This document shows positions 13,184-25,100 of a stretch of DNA of 64,000 nucleotides, one piece after another. Made by a program: the position numbers and the translations under genes. The notes under the pieces were generated by a model. The model was given only the letters and a program-made list of their open reading frames with translations, searched no databases and was not told the DNA's origin. The stretch comes from Malacoraja senta. Taxonomy: Eukaryota. How positions within the stretch are numbered: the first letter of the stretch is position 1; each line of letters opens with the position of its first letter. Location: the NCBI GenBank assembly GCA_038087875.1, contig CM075989.1, forward strand, positions 8,682,001 through 8,746,000, in the 5' to 3' direction.

Positions 13184-15832
13184 GTCTTATTCATAAAAAT
13201 GTCATTGTCCTGGGTTTATAGTATCGAGGATTATGTGTGTGTTCTGGCATGTAACCACATCAGAACCACCTGATCAAAGTACTCTGTGTTGCTTTTTAAA
13301 AAAGGGTTTTGGTTTCTAGGTGTTTGTGGTGCTTATTTCTACAAGCAAATTTTGTGCATTTCCAAACTTTGAAGAAAGAATGAGCACATGACTTTTTAAA
13401 TATTTCCAGATCAGATGTGTGTTTTCATCACTTGTTTTATTGTGATCTTAGTAACCTAGAAAAACATACACAAAACTAGGTGATCGTTAAGTTTACGGTT
13501 GTTGAGATGCAGTGGGTGTGTCATGCTCTTGCACAGTTGATCGCTGGACCACTGGCAAGCCTGTGGGTGTCTACATTCTGCTCTGCAAGCTCTTAAGATA
13601 TCTTTTGAATTGGTTGATGGCTGTGAGGATGGTAGCAGTGTAGCTATGGAAACTGGGTAAATCTTTCCCAAACTAATAAGCACTAATTAGTTTGACTGTC
13701 AGAAAATTCTAGCTTTTTTTTGTACCTAAAATATTAGGTGCAAGACCAGTCATTGTACAATATTGGCAACGCCCTGCTCATGTTTTTCAGAGATTACAAA
13801 TGCATTTTACAATTATTCTGCATTTGTTGTTAATACATGCTATTTATTTTTATTACTATTTTGTTTTCTTTGCTTCTATTCATTCATCCACGGGAAAGAG
13901 GCCACTATTGGCAGCAGCAGCATTTATTTCCTTAAATGTAGTTGAGGGCTTGAACTGGTGTAAAGCCTTTTTGTGTACCATTGAGTCAGGCTGCATGAAG
14001 ATGGCTTTTCAGTCAATTGAGCCCCTGCTGAGAATCATTTACCTTAATGTTGCACTCTCCCCACTTTATTCTCTCTATATTCACCTCAACTCCGTCCAGA
14101 CACACGAGAAGCAATTTCCAATGAACCTACAAACCCGCACATCCCTTGAGATGTCGGGGGAAACCAGGCCAGAGCACCCGTAAGAAACAGCAGGAGGAGT
14201 CCCATACAAACTCCACACAGGTCGGGATTGAACCCAGGTCACGGGAGCTGTGAGGCAGCGGCACTATGAACTCTGCTGTGTTTGCCCATCCGGATGGAGA
14301 TGTCCAGGACATTGATCTAGCAAGACTATTAGTTCAGTTACAGTGGGAACACCAGTCCAGGGCTGTCTTGTACAGTGTGGAAACAGGCCTTCGGCCCAAC
14401 TCACCCATGGCAACCAACCTGACCCCTGCGTTTGGCCCCTGTCCTTCTGAACATTTCATGTCCGCGAACCTGCCCAAATTGTTTTTTAAACACTGATGGT
14501 CCCTGCCTCAACTACCTCCTCTGGCAGCTTGTTCCATACACCCATCACCCATTGTGTAAACAATAAGTTGCCCCTCAGTTTCCCCCGCTCGCCTTCAATC
14601 CATGACCTCTGGTTCTTGATTTCCCCCACTGGGCAAAAGACTCCGCATTCATTCTATCTAATCCTCCCATGATCTTAGACACCTCTATAAGGTCATCGGT
14701 AGACACAAAAAGCTGGAGTAATTCAGTGGGATAGGCAGCATCTCTGGAGCGAAGGAATGAAGGGTGATCTACTGTAACTCCTCACAGAAAGTTAAACCCT
14801 TCGTTATCTCCTGTACTATTTCATGTACCCTTCAACACATTCCCCGACAAGAGGTAATACGTCTAATCTTACTTTGTTGATTCCCATGAACTACTACTGC
14901 ACCTGGTCAAGCCAGAGCTGCCAATTGTCACATCCAAAACACCCTTTTGTTACCTTGTTCAATTCATACAAAATTAAATAAGGAAGGATATTAATTTTTC
15001 TGTGTTGGTGTGTGAGATGCCAGTTAAGTGGAAGTCTCTTACCGGTAACCACCCTGTAGAGGGGTTGGGTGTACAACACTTTTAGATTCTTCAGCTCAAT
15101 AGCAAGGATTTCTTGCCTCTTTAATTTTAATATTAGATTATGTGTCCACCTGGTTGCAAACTGCCCAGAAGAGGCTTGATTGCAGGATGCAGCTTCATAC
15201 ACAAGTTCATCCTTCGGTCTTCAGTCATATTGCGACTTGTAGCTAATAATACCAACGGAAGCAAACAAACCCACAAACTGCAGTCTTTAACAATGGTTCG
15301 TACCAGTACATTGATGTAACGGGTGGGTTTGTGGTTGGGTAGGGGGGAGGTGCTGCAGAAAGCTCCAGATCGTTAATTAAAATTTCACGAGGAATTGCAC
15401 GGGCCTCTGGACATTTGTTGCAAATATATTCCTACTGCATTTGTCTTTTGTGGGATTTGTAATTTACCTCAAATGTTGCTTAATGGAGGGGGGGGGGGGG
15501 TGGGGTGTGTACAAGCTTGCTCTGCCTTCTGTACTGTCACATTGACTAAGTGTTTCAGTTGCATTCTGATGCCCGTGTGGTTTAAGTGATGGTGACATTT
15601 TGGGGGAGGGGAGATGGGAAAGAGAACCGCCACATAATAAGGAATGAGTTCACGGGTGGTTTTAGTTTGCCTGCCTTCTATCCTACCTCTTTTCAGCCAT
15701 TTTCTTTAGGGCCTTTATCCATAATTCATTCTGACATTACAGAGTCTGGAGAGGCAGCTGTTTGACCTAGATTTAAGAATGTACTGCACCCCAGTGCCTT
15801 AAGATCACTGAATGGTTCATCTGTCTGATTTA

Positions 15833-16136
15833 CATTTAGTTTGGTTGAGAGACACCGTGTGGAAACGGGCACTTTGGCTCGTTGAGTCCATGCTGTCTAT
15901 TCATCACCTGTACACTAGTTCCATGTTATCCCACTTCCACATAATGCATGCTAGGGGTAATTTACAGAGTCCAATTAACCTACAAAAACCCTATGAATCT
16001 TTGGGATGTGGGAGGAAACTGGAGAAAACCCATGTGGTATCAGGGAGAACGTACAAATTCCACACTGAAAGCACTCGCAGTCAAGAATAAGCCCGGGTCT
16101 CTGGCACTGATAGGCAGCAGTTCTACCGCAGCACCA
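15833..16136 (-). mobile_element. HE1-like SINE
   Basis: Same family, diverged. Confidence 0.75.
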
Positions 16137-16288
16137 CTCAGCCCCCTTGTCCACATGGGCATGAGCTCTCGGGGCATTTGGATGCCATTGTAACCATTTC
16201 ATCAACGTAATAATTTCAAAGCCATCGGTTTCCTTTTCTTGCATTGCATTAATTTAATTTTGTTTTGTGTTTTACTTTTGCTGTGCAG

Positions 16289-16434
16289 AAGTTGACGAGG
16301 AAGAGTATGAAGAGGCAGCTCGGTGTGAAGAGGAAGAAGATGAAGAAGGGGAGGAGGAGGAAGAGGAGGATGAGGAGGAAGAGGAAGAGGAAGAGGAGGA
16401 GGAGGAGGAGGAAGTTGTCAGCGTAGAGGATGAG
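16289..16434 (+). CDS. ANP32A: ANP32A coding exon 5 (Glu/Asp-rich low-complexity acidic region)
   Basis: T-rich tract + CAG acceptor, GTATGG donor; 146 bp, phase 1 to 0 compatible with flanking exons; encodes EVDEEEYEEAARCEEEEDEEGE...VVSVEDE. Confidence 0.9.
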
Positions 16435-16544
16435 GTATGGTTTACAGCCAGAGCCACTACTACCTGCCCCAAGACCTTGGTTCCAAAGTACAGCACAGGA
16501 ACACTATATTTGTGCCCAACGTGATGCCAAGTTAAATCTCATCT

Positions 16545-17180
16545 CATAGAGTCATAGAATTATAGTGATAGTGTGGAAACAGGCCTAACTTGCCCACACC
16601 GGCCAACATATCCCAGCTACACTAGTCCCACCTGCCTGCATTTGGTCCATATCCCTCCAAACCTGCCCTATCCATATACCTATCGAACTGTTTCTTAAAT
16701 GTTGGGATAGTCCCAGCCTCAACTACCTCCTCTGGCAGCTTATTCCATACACCCATCACCCTTTGTGTGAAAACGTTACCCCCTCAGATTCCTATTAAAT
16801 CTTTTCCCTTTTCACCTTAAACCTGCGTCCTCTGGCCCTCGATTCGCCTACTCTGGGCAGGAGACTCTGTGCATCTATCTGTTTATGATTCATATCCTTC
16901 TATTCCCAGTACTTTCATGTGCTATCTAAAAGCCTCTTAAACGCCCACTATCCTATCTGCCTCCACCACCACCTGGCTCCTATCTGCCTCCACTACCACC
17001 CTTTGCAGTTTGTTCCAGGCACCCACCACTCTCTGTAAAAATAAAAGCCCCGCACATCTCCATTACCCCTGCCCTTTCACCTTTTATCTATGCCTTGTAG
17101 TGTTGAATATTTCCACCCTTGAGGGGGGGGGGGGGGAAGGTTCTGACTGTCTACCCTATCTATCCCCTTATAATTTTATG
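16545..17180 (-). mobile_element. Two adjacent CR1-type LINE 3' fragments
   Basis: CATAGAGT-type tail and GCCTCAACTACCTCCTCTGGCAGC body shared with 4205-4400, 10955-11155, 14365-14700 and 50845-51280. Confidence 0.7.
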
Positions 17181-17787
17181 TAAAGGGCAGTACTGAGTGC
17201 ATGCTGCCTGTTTAGATAAGGCATTTAATCTGGGATCTTGCCTGCCTGCTTGATCGACTGATAGAAATTCCTCGGCACCATATCATCGAATATCCTTGGT
17301 GGCCTCTTTATTTTAAATTAAATTTTAAAAAACCCCGTCTGTTGCTGGGATCTTGCTCAATGCAAAATGTTTGTGACATGACAGCAGTTCAGTGGTAATT
17401 GTTGACCAGAAATGGTTTTCAAGATCTGACCCTGTGAAACGATGCACATAAAATGGCAGTGCATTTCTCTGCACAGACTATGAGCAGGTTAGGAAGGCAA
17501 AACATTTTTCAGCAAACTTTTTACTTGAAAGGCTTTTACCGCATTAAAGCTGCAATTTTTCACTGCTACCTGTCCCATTCAAATTCAGTTGTGTTTATGA
17601 CCCAAACCAAGTCTTTTCAACTAGGCTGTATTTGCTCATTCATCCCAGCCTTTGTCTTTTTCTCTCATGTTCTCTTTGTGAAGTAGCTTGTGCTTTGTCA
17701 CACTGTTAAAGAAGCACTCAGTTGCTCAACCCCATTTGGAGAGGCTGCAAAAAAGACCAAACGTCACACCCTAAAGCTGCGACATTT

Positions 17788-18077
17788 TGGTTTAGTTCAG
17801 AGATACAGCGTGGAAACAGGCCCACTGACCCACCAAGTCCGTGCCGACCGGTGATCACCCCTACACTAGTTCTATCCTGCATGCTAGGGACAATTTGCAG
17901 AAGCCAATTAACCTACAAAGCTGCACGTCTTTGGAGTGTGAACGGAAACAGGAGCACCTGGAGAAAACCCACTCAGTCACAGGGAGAACGCACAAACTCC
18001 ACACAGACGCCATCCGTAGTCAGGATCAAACCCAGATTTCTAGCTGTGTGAGACAGCAACTCCTCCACTGTGCCACA
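17788..18077 (-). mobile_element. HE1-like SINE
   Basis: Same family, near full length. Confidence 0.8.
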
Positions 18078-18837
18078 GTATGTCAAATACATTTGTTTGA
18101 TGGTTTCTTCCAAATGCATACCGCTCATCAGATTATCTCTTTGGACAGTGTGAATCTTGGACTAGCAATGCAGGTCTGCTTCAGACTATACTTCAGCACC
18201 AGCGGAGAGATGAATTACTTTTCTCTATACGTGGGCATTTAATTTAATGAAAGTGGTGGAATGAGACGTTAACTTTTCAATCCTAGCGGGGCTGATGAGG
18301 TTTTGCCATTCTCCATGTTATGAGCTTTGTTATGAAGCACTTTAATCACAAGATACACCAAGGATCTTCAGAGGAACATTATCAAATAAATTGAATGCTG
18401 AACTACAAGGAAACTTTGGGGATAATAATACAAGGAGATGCAAGATTGAAGAGGGAAGTTCAGTGGAGACATTGCTAAAGTGCAGGGCACACCGAAGGTG
18501 CAGCCACCAATGCAGGAGTAGTTTCTACTGGGGGTGTACAAGTCGTCAAAGTAAAATTCCTGGCCAGATTGGGTACAACTGCAAAGCAACTCCATTATGA
18601 TTAGGAATATGCCCTGTAGGGTTCTCTGTGATTTATCAGCATTGGGTTCCTTCAAATGATTTCTTTGAACAGTTGAATGGTTCTCGGGAGTCCCATGGAA
18701 AAGTGCTAGTATTTATATTTTCTTAATATATCTTTCAAACATCACAAAATTGCTTGGGTGCAATGAACTAATTCAGCACCTTCCATCGTCATTGCAAGTG
18801 GTTGACATTTTGTATGTAGGAAGGAGTGTCCATGACG

Positions 18838-19135
18838 CATAGACGCAGAATTAGGCCTTTTCGGCTCATCGAGTCTGCTCTGACATTCAATCATGGCTGA
18901 TTTATTTTCCCTCTCAACCCCGTTCTCCTTCCTTCTCCCCATAACCTTTGACACCCCTACTAATGAAGAACCCATCAATCTTCACTTTAAAAATACCCAA
19001 TGACTTGGCCTCCGCAGCCGTCAGTGGCAATGATTCACTCCCCTCAGGCTAAATAAATTTGTCGTCAACTCCGCCCTCCTTTTATTCTCAGGCAGTACTG
19101 GAAACATCCTCTCCACATCCACTCTATCTAGGCCT
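18838..19135 (-). mobile_element. CR1-type LINE 3' fragment
   Basis: AGAATTAGGCC..TTCAATCATGGCTGAT family shared with 5985-6170, 32268-32621, 46094-46613 and 61640-61790. Confidence 0.7.
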
Positions 19136-19565
19136 GCCGTGTGTGGGAGAGTTTGCTGTTTTAACTGGTGCACTAGATATGTTGGCGTCTGCCTGAACTA
19201 TTGAAGCAGACAGATGAATTCCTAATAGAGAGCAGTTCCTTTTGCCAAGGTCGGCATTGTTGGATATGTGCTTGGATGTTGGGTACTGGAGGTTCTCAGT
19301 ACACCTCCAGTCTGAGTCCCCCCCCTTTAAAATGGTCATTTATAACCCTGCCTCTGACCAACCTTTTTTTGCCTCTCCCAAGCAATGGTAAATTTTGTTT
19401 TGCAACACTCCTGTGAATCACCTTGGGATATTTGCTTTTATTGGGTAGTGGCCAGAAATTTAGTGTCTTAAAGCTGTGTCTTGAAGATGAGAAATTTCAC
19501 TTAACATTGATTCCTGTTGAGATTTATTTGGTGCTAACAGGTAAGCTTTCTTCTGACATTTGCAG

Positions 19566-19629
19566 GATGAGGATGAAATAGATGACGATGGTGAAATAGA
19601 TGAAGAGGAGGAAGAGGAAGAACAAACAG
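19566..19629 (+). CDS. ANP32A: ANP32A coding exon 6 (DEDEIDDDGEIDEEEEEEEQT)
   Basis: TGCAG acceptor, GTGCGT donor; 64 bp, phase 0 to 1; acidic peptide. Confidence 0.88.
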
Positions 19630-20286
19630 GTGCGTACAGGGCCTCTATCTGGGTTTCCCGACGGCAGCATCTCTAGGCTATTTATGAATTGACGTAGTCA
19701 TGAATAAAACAAAGAAGCGGACACTTCGGCAAACCAAGTGTAACATCAACCCTCAAACATCCCAAAAATCCCGTTTGGTTAAGTCGTCCAAATGGCTGTT
19801 CCCACTGCAGTTTCGACAAAAGCTTGGCAGAATAGAATAGAGGGCAAAGGGGTTGAGGTTAACGGTGCTTCAGGTGATATATACATAGGAAATACAGAAC
19901 ATGGTAGTTAACAACTGAAGGAATCCACAGTTTTCCTCTCTTTACAAGCATTCCAATTTATCAAATATTCGAACCTTTAGTTTTACACCATGTGCTCTTG
20001 ATTAAGAATCTGTGTTTGCTTTACGAATAGTACACGCTCTCTACCTGTAAAAATTCACTGTCAGAATACAATGAGTTGCACACAACAATCTTTTTGCCAA
20101 TTGAAATTTTGCTTAACCAAAGGCAACCCATTTGCGTATCCTTTTTACAGTATATTTGACGAGCGCTTACAAGAATTCCGAGGGGATGCAGTAGCCCACA
20201 AATTGTTCTGCATGTTGGAAAAGGTTTCTACTCTATGAAAGATGATGATTGTTGGGTTGGTCTAACTCAAGCCTTTAATGTGATGA

Positions 20287-20440
20287 GAGATAGATAGGGC
20301 TCTTAAAATAGCGGAGTCAGGGGATATGGGGAGAAGGCAGGAACGGGGTACTGATTGAGGATGATCAGCCATGATCACATTGAATGGCGGTGCTGGCTCG
20401 AAGGGCTGAATGGCCTACTCCTGCACCTATTGTCTATTGA
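20287..20440 (+). mobile_element. CR1-type LINE 3' end
   Basis: Reverse complement of the 9735-9900 family end. Confidence 0.75.
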
Positions 20441-21079
20441 TAACTGCAGGCAGAAAGAACTGTTCTTTGGTAGGGTGTTGAGAACATGGAGGAATATTGG
20501 AACATATTAGATTTGAGGAAAGCAAACCCAGATAAGGAACCCAAGTTTAAACACATTGCCCCACCTTTAATAGCCTTACAAAAGAACTAAACAGTATTTG
20601 TCATGGAGCCAAACAGGCACAAATAATAAAGCTAAGTCAAAACCATATTGGGAGATAATATGCAGAGGTTGGTGGAAATTTGGTGTGTTCCTCTCCCAGG
20701 AGATGGAAGATGGTTAGAGTTTGGGGAGGGGAAGTGTCAAATAAAATTTTTAGCTGAGAGCTGGTAGCGCAGTCTTGGTGCAGAATGGGATCAATCTGGT
20801 AGTGTTTTGTTTGTATGCGGAAGCAGGGGCTTGGCATGATAGTGAGTATTTGAATGGTAGCTTCCTATTCTGTACCTTCCATAGATTTTTTTTTTTAAAT
20901 CCTCGGGGGAAACACATGACTGAGAATTGCTTTTAAGAAACCAACACGCTGCTCAGTAGATCAGATGGATCCCCGTCCCACGTTATAGCAATTCTGGGCT
21001 GTTTTTAATGTGTGACCTTTGCCGTTCTTTACTCTAATGTTTATTTTCCCTTTGAATCCCTCCCTCCTCCCCCCCAAAG

Positions 21080-21138
21080 AAGTCAAAGGCCAGAAGAGGA
21101 AACGAGAGCCTGAAGATGAAGGCGAGGAAGAGGATTAA
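21080..21138 (+). CDS. ANP32A: ANP32A last coding exon (EVKGQKRKREPEDEGEEED*; KRKR nuclear localisation signal)
   Basis: Long pyrimidine tract + AAG acceptor; GQKRKREPEDEGE is the ANP32A C-terminal signature; TAA at 21136-21138. Exons 2-7 total 741 bp in one open frame. Confidence 0.93.
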
Positions 21139-22190
21139 ATTTCCAACGTTAACTTTCGTGACTGGTTGTTTTTACCTGTTTTCGCCTTTCCGAACCCCAT
21201 CCTATTGTTGCTGTGGGAATGATGATTGTGAGAGGAAAGCTCCCATTCCTTCTGCTCTGAAATGTCCTGTTCTGGTTCTCCACTGGGTGTTGTGAATTTG
21301 GTCGATATGCCCCTCTAGCAAATATGGGTAAGGCCCAAATCTAAATAATATTGTCTCTTTTTTTTTTGTTATGTTCGGTTCAAGCAGCCGTTTTAAACTA
21401 TCACGAATCATATCCACAGCAAACAAATACCAAGTGGCATATTCTAAACAAAAAAAAGTTTGTATTGTGCAGAAAATGGTTGCCAATTTTGGAAAGTGAT
21501 GCTCACTTTTAAAAAACTATCCCCATTGTCCTTCCCCACCCGTCATTTCCCCCCTGGCTCTTGTAGCTGTGAGACAAGTTTTCTGTAAATAGTGACCAAA
21601 GCTCACTCGCTCATTTCCCCGACGTCCTCCTCCGCTTACAGCCCGCACTTCTGAAAATGGCACCCATTTAACTTGTAGTCCTAATTGATCGGTTGGTAGT
21701 GTAATACACGTTGTAATAAAACAAAACTACGTTTGAACCCTGGTTTGCCAGCACCCTGTGCTACTTTTTGGTCTGTAATATATAATCTGAATTCCATAGA
21801 GAGGAAACGCTGCAATTTATTTTCCCCCTTGTGATGTACACTTTGATGAATTTTTTTACAAGCATCCTTATGCAGAATAATAACTAAAGCATGTAGTGTT
21901 GAATGGGCATGTTTTCATACATTTGAGGGCATAATATTAATGCAGAATTGTATTTTCTTAACTTGGAGAAGTCAGTGAAGTTGACTAGGGCTGGGAAAAA
22001 GAAATGCCAGTGAATGTACAGACTTTTACTTTCATATCTGGGGTGACTATATTCCTAGTCAATATTTCATCTGTACAAAAGATTGCCGCAGTTTTTTTGT
22101 TTTTTTTCCTCAGCGAAGCCAAACTTAGTTTTGTGTCTGTTTTTTGTCATTCAACAGTTTCAATAAATCCTTTTTTTATATACAATTTGT
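21139..22190 (+). other. ANP32A: ANP32A 3' UTR (approximate end)
   Basis: Repeat-free, U-rich sequence after the stop; AATAAA at 21715-21720 and 22162-22167, the latter followed by a GT-rich downstream element. Confidence 0.65.
22162..22167 (+). terminator. Probable distal polyadenylation signal
   Basis: AATAAA with upstream U-rich/TGTA motifs and a downstream TGTGTG/GT-rich tract. Confidence 0.6.
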
Positions 22191-22318
22191 GTGACTGGTT
22201 TTGAGTGTTAGGACCACCAGTAGCTGGGATTGGTGTTTGTGGGGTGTGGTTTTAAACGTTTTGTGGGGTTGTTTGTTTCTACTTAAACTGCGCAATTGAG
22301 ACATAGGTGAAGGCACCA

Positions 22319-22607
22319 GGCAGCATGGTGGCCAAGCTAGTAGAGCCGTTGCCTCTCGGCGGCAGAAACCTGGGTTCGATCCACACCCCGGGTACTGTCT
22401 GCGTGGAGTTTGCACGTTCTTCCTGTGACTGTATGTTTCATCCTACAGCCCAAAGAAGTGCAGGTTTGTAGTTTAATTGGCCTCTGTAAATTGACCCTGA
22501 TGTGATCCTAATGTGGATGAGAAAGTGGGATAGCAGAACAAGGGTGGTCGATGGTCGGCATGACCCCGGTTGGCCGAAGGGCCTCTTTCCATGTTGTATC
22601 TCTAAAC
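22319..22607 (+). mobile_element. HE1-like SINE
   Basis: A/B boxes and GCCGAAGGGCCT...GTATCTCTAAAC tail. Confidence 0.8.
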
Positions 22608-23089
22608 TGTTTGCACTGAAGGGGAGCAGTGTTATAGTGCTGGGGGATTGAGCCCATTCCCTTGCTATCACTAACTGGTGTTCCAACTGCAAATAGACGT
22701 TCCTTGGGTTGAATGTGGGGTTATCATAAGAAACATTGGACCTACTACATTCAAAGGCCTTTCAAAGAATGATTATGTTACAACCGAAACGATTCTGACT
22801 GATCTTGACAGTGGTGAATGATTGACGGGTGTTTTCCCCTGTTTAGGTGAGGAGGGGGTCTAGTACTTGGCTGGGACATAGTTTCAGAATGAGAAATTGC
22901 TTATTTAAAATACAGATGAGGACTTTGGAAGGTGGTGTATTTTTTTGCTTGACTGCCCCAGAGGGTTGTGGAGGGAAGAATCATTAAACAATTTAAGAGG
23001 CTTTTGGGTGGAAGTGCAGGGAATAGAGAGATATGGATCATATGCAGGCTGATGAGATCAGTTTAACTTGAGATGAGATGGTTTAACAG

Positions 23090-23377
23090 GGTGGCATGGA
23101 GGTGCAGTGGTTGAGTTGCGGCCTAACGGCATCAGAGACCCGGGTTCGATCCTGACCATGGGTGTTCTCTGCGTGGAGTTTGTACGTTCTTCCCGTGACC
23201 CAATAGGTTTTCCCGGGTGCTGCAGTTTTGTCCCACACTCCAAAGACGTACCAGATTTGTAGGTTAATTTGCTTTGGCAAAGATTGTAAATTGCCCCTAG
23301 TGCGTAGGGTAGTCCGAGTGTACGGGGAACCTGCATAGACTGATGGGCCTGTTTCCCCGCTGTATCTCTGAACTAAA
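23090..23377 (+). mobile_element. HE1-like SINE
   Basis: GGTGCAGTGGTTGAG..GGGTTCGATCC head, family core and tail. Confidence 0.8.
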
Positions 23378-23862
23378 AAGCGTGGCATCATATTTGACAC
23401 CGACATTGTGGCCGAAGGGCCCGTTCCTGTGCTGTATTGTTCTATGTTCTATGATTTAAATGGATGAATTGGAAGATCTGGACGGAGACAACATACAGAC
23501 AATTAATTTCAGTTGGCTACCTGGTGCGTTGAGTATAAAAAGGAAGTAGAGAAGCTACAGCATGGTTTATGACTGAATCTTGGCATGTAGCCACCTCCAA
23601 GTGCATGCTTTGATGAGCGAGAGGACATTGCCGAGAAGGTCCGTGGGATCTTCTCAACGCTGGCCTTCGGTTGGAGGGACTGTCACCAGGTGTGTGGTTG
23701 GTGAGTATTTCCTGTTTTTTTTTTTTTAACTCTCTAATAAAATGTGCAGAGATTAGATTAAATGTTAAAGGGGCTCTTTTTAAGCTTGGCTGAGGATCTC
23801 AGTCCTGTGGCTTGTTGCGTGTGGGGATTCCCAGATGTTTTTGTGGTCTGGGTGATTACATC

Positions 23863-24151
23863 TTAGTTTAGTTTCAAGATACAGCACGGAAACAGGCTCT
23901 TCGGCCCACCGAGTCCGTGCCGACCAGCAATCCCCGAGTATTAACACTATCCTACACACACTAGGGACAATTCACACATACACCAAGCCAATTACCCTAC
24001 ATACCTGCACATCTTTGGAGTGTGGGAGGAAACCGAAGATCTCAGAAGACCCACAGGGAGAACGTACAAACTCCGTTCAGACAACACCCGTAGTCGGAAT
24101 CGAACCCAGGTCTCCAGCGCTGTAAGGCAGTAACTCTACTGCTGTGCCGCC
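23863..24151 (-). mobile_element. HE1-like SINE
   Basis: Same family; inverted relative to 23090-23377. Confidence 0.8.
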
Positions 24152-24838
24152 CATCTGTGGGAGGTGCCTCCAATTTGGAGGCACGAACAACTGCAGACCG
24201 ACAAGGTGCTGGAGTAACTCAGCGGGTCAGGCTGCATCTCAAGAAAATGGATGGGTGATGTTTCTGGTTGGGACCTTCAGTTTGAGTGGCAGGATTTGGA
24301 GCTTGGATGCTGACAGGCGTGCCACAACAACTCCAGGCTAAGAGATACATGGATTGCACATTTTAAGAGGTGGTCACCACCTTAACTCAAAGAAGAGGGC
24401 ACGTGGTCACAGAACATCTTGCTCTAACCCTTCATGGTTAGGGGGAATGTATCTCAAAGGATACCAGCCACAGACAAAATCACAACACTGGATGGCTCGG
24501 CTATATGGGGTAGGGGGTTGGGGGGGGGGGGGAGAGGGACATAGGGTTGGTAGTGAATGATTTAAAAAAAAAGCATGGTCAATTAATCAAGACAGGAGTG
24601 AAGAGGGCACAGTGTTGTCGCTTTTCAGGTTCGGACAAGTCTTGGAAAATAGGCTTTCAGTAGCTTTGCCCAAGTGCAGGAATGAATGAGAGCAGCAAAG
24701 GTTAGTTACAGATGAGTAAATTAAGAGAATCTAAGGGAATGGGAGAAGGCAAAAGTTAGAAATTCAGAGCCAACTCTAGGCAAGGATATAAGAGTAAAAT
24801 GTGTGGAGATATAAATTCAGCTTCTGAATTAGTTGATT

Positions 24839-25100
24839 TTGTTTAGTTTAGAGATACAGCGCAGATACAGGCTCTTTGGCCCACTGAGTTAGCACCAACC
24901 AGCAATCCCCACACACTAGCACTATCCCACAAACCAGGGACAGTTTTACAATTTTCACCTAAGCTGCAAACCTGTACGTATTTGGAATGTGGTTGGAAAT
25001 TGGAGCACCCGGAGAAAACGTACAAACTCCATACAGACAGCACCCGCAGTCAGGGTGGAACCGGGGTCTCTGGCGCTGTAAGGCAGCAACTCTACCGCCA
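24839..25100 (-). mobile_element. HE1-like SINE
   Basis: Same family, (TTTAG)n tail on the + strand. Confidence 0.78.

Noticed and set aside
23090..23160. tRNA genes (A/B boxes in many places)
   Set aside because: These are SINE heads continuing into SINE core and tail, with no complete cloverleaf.
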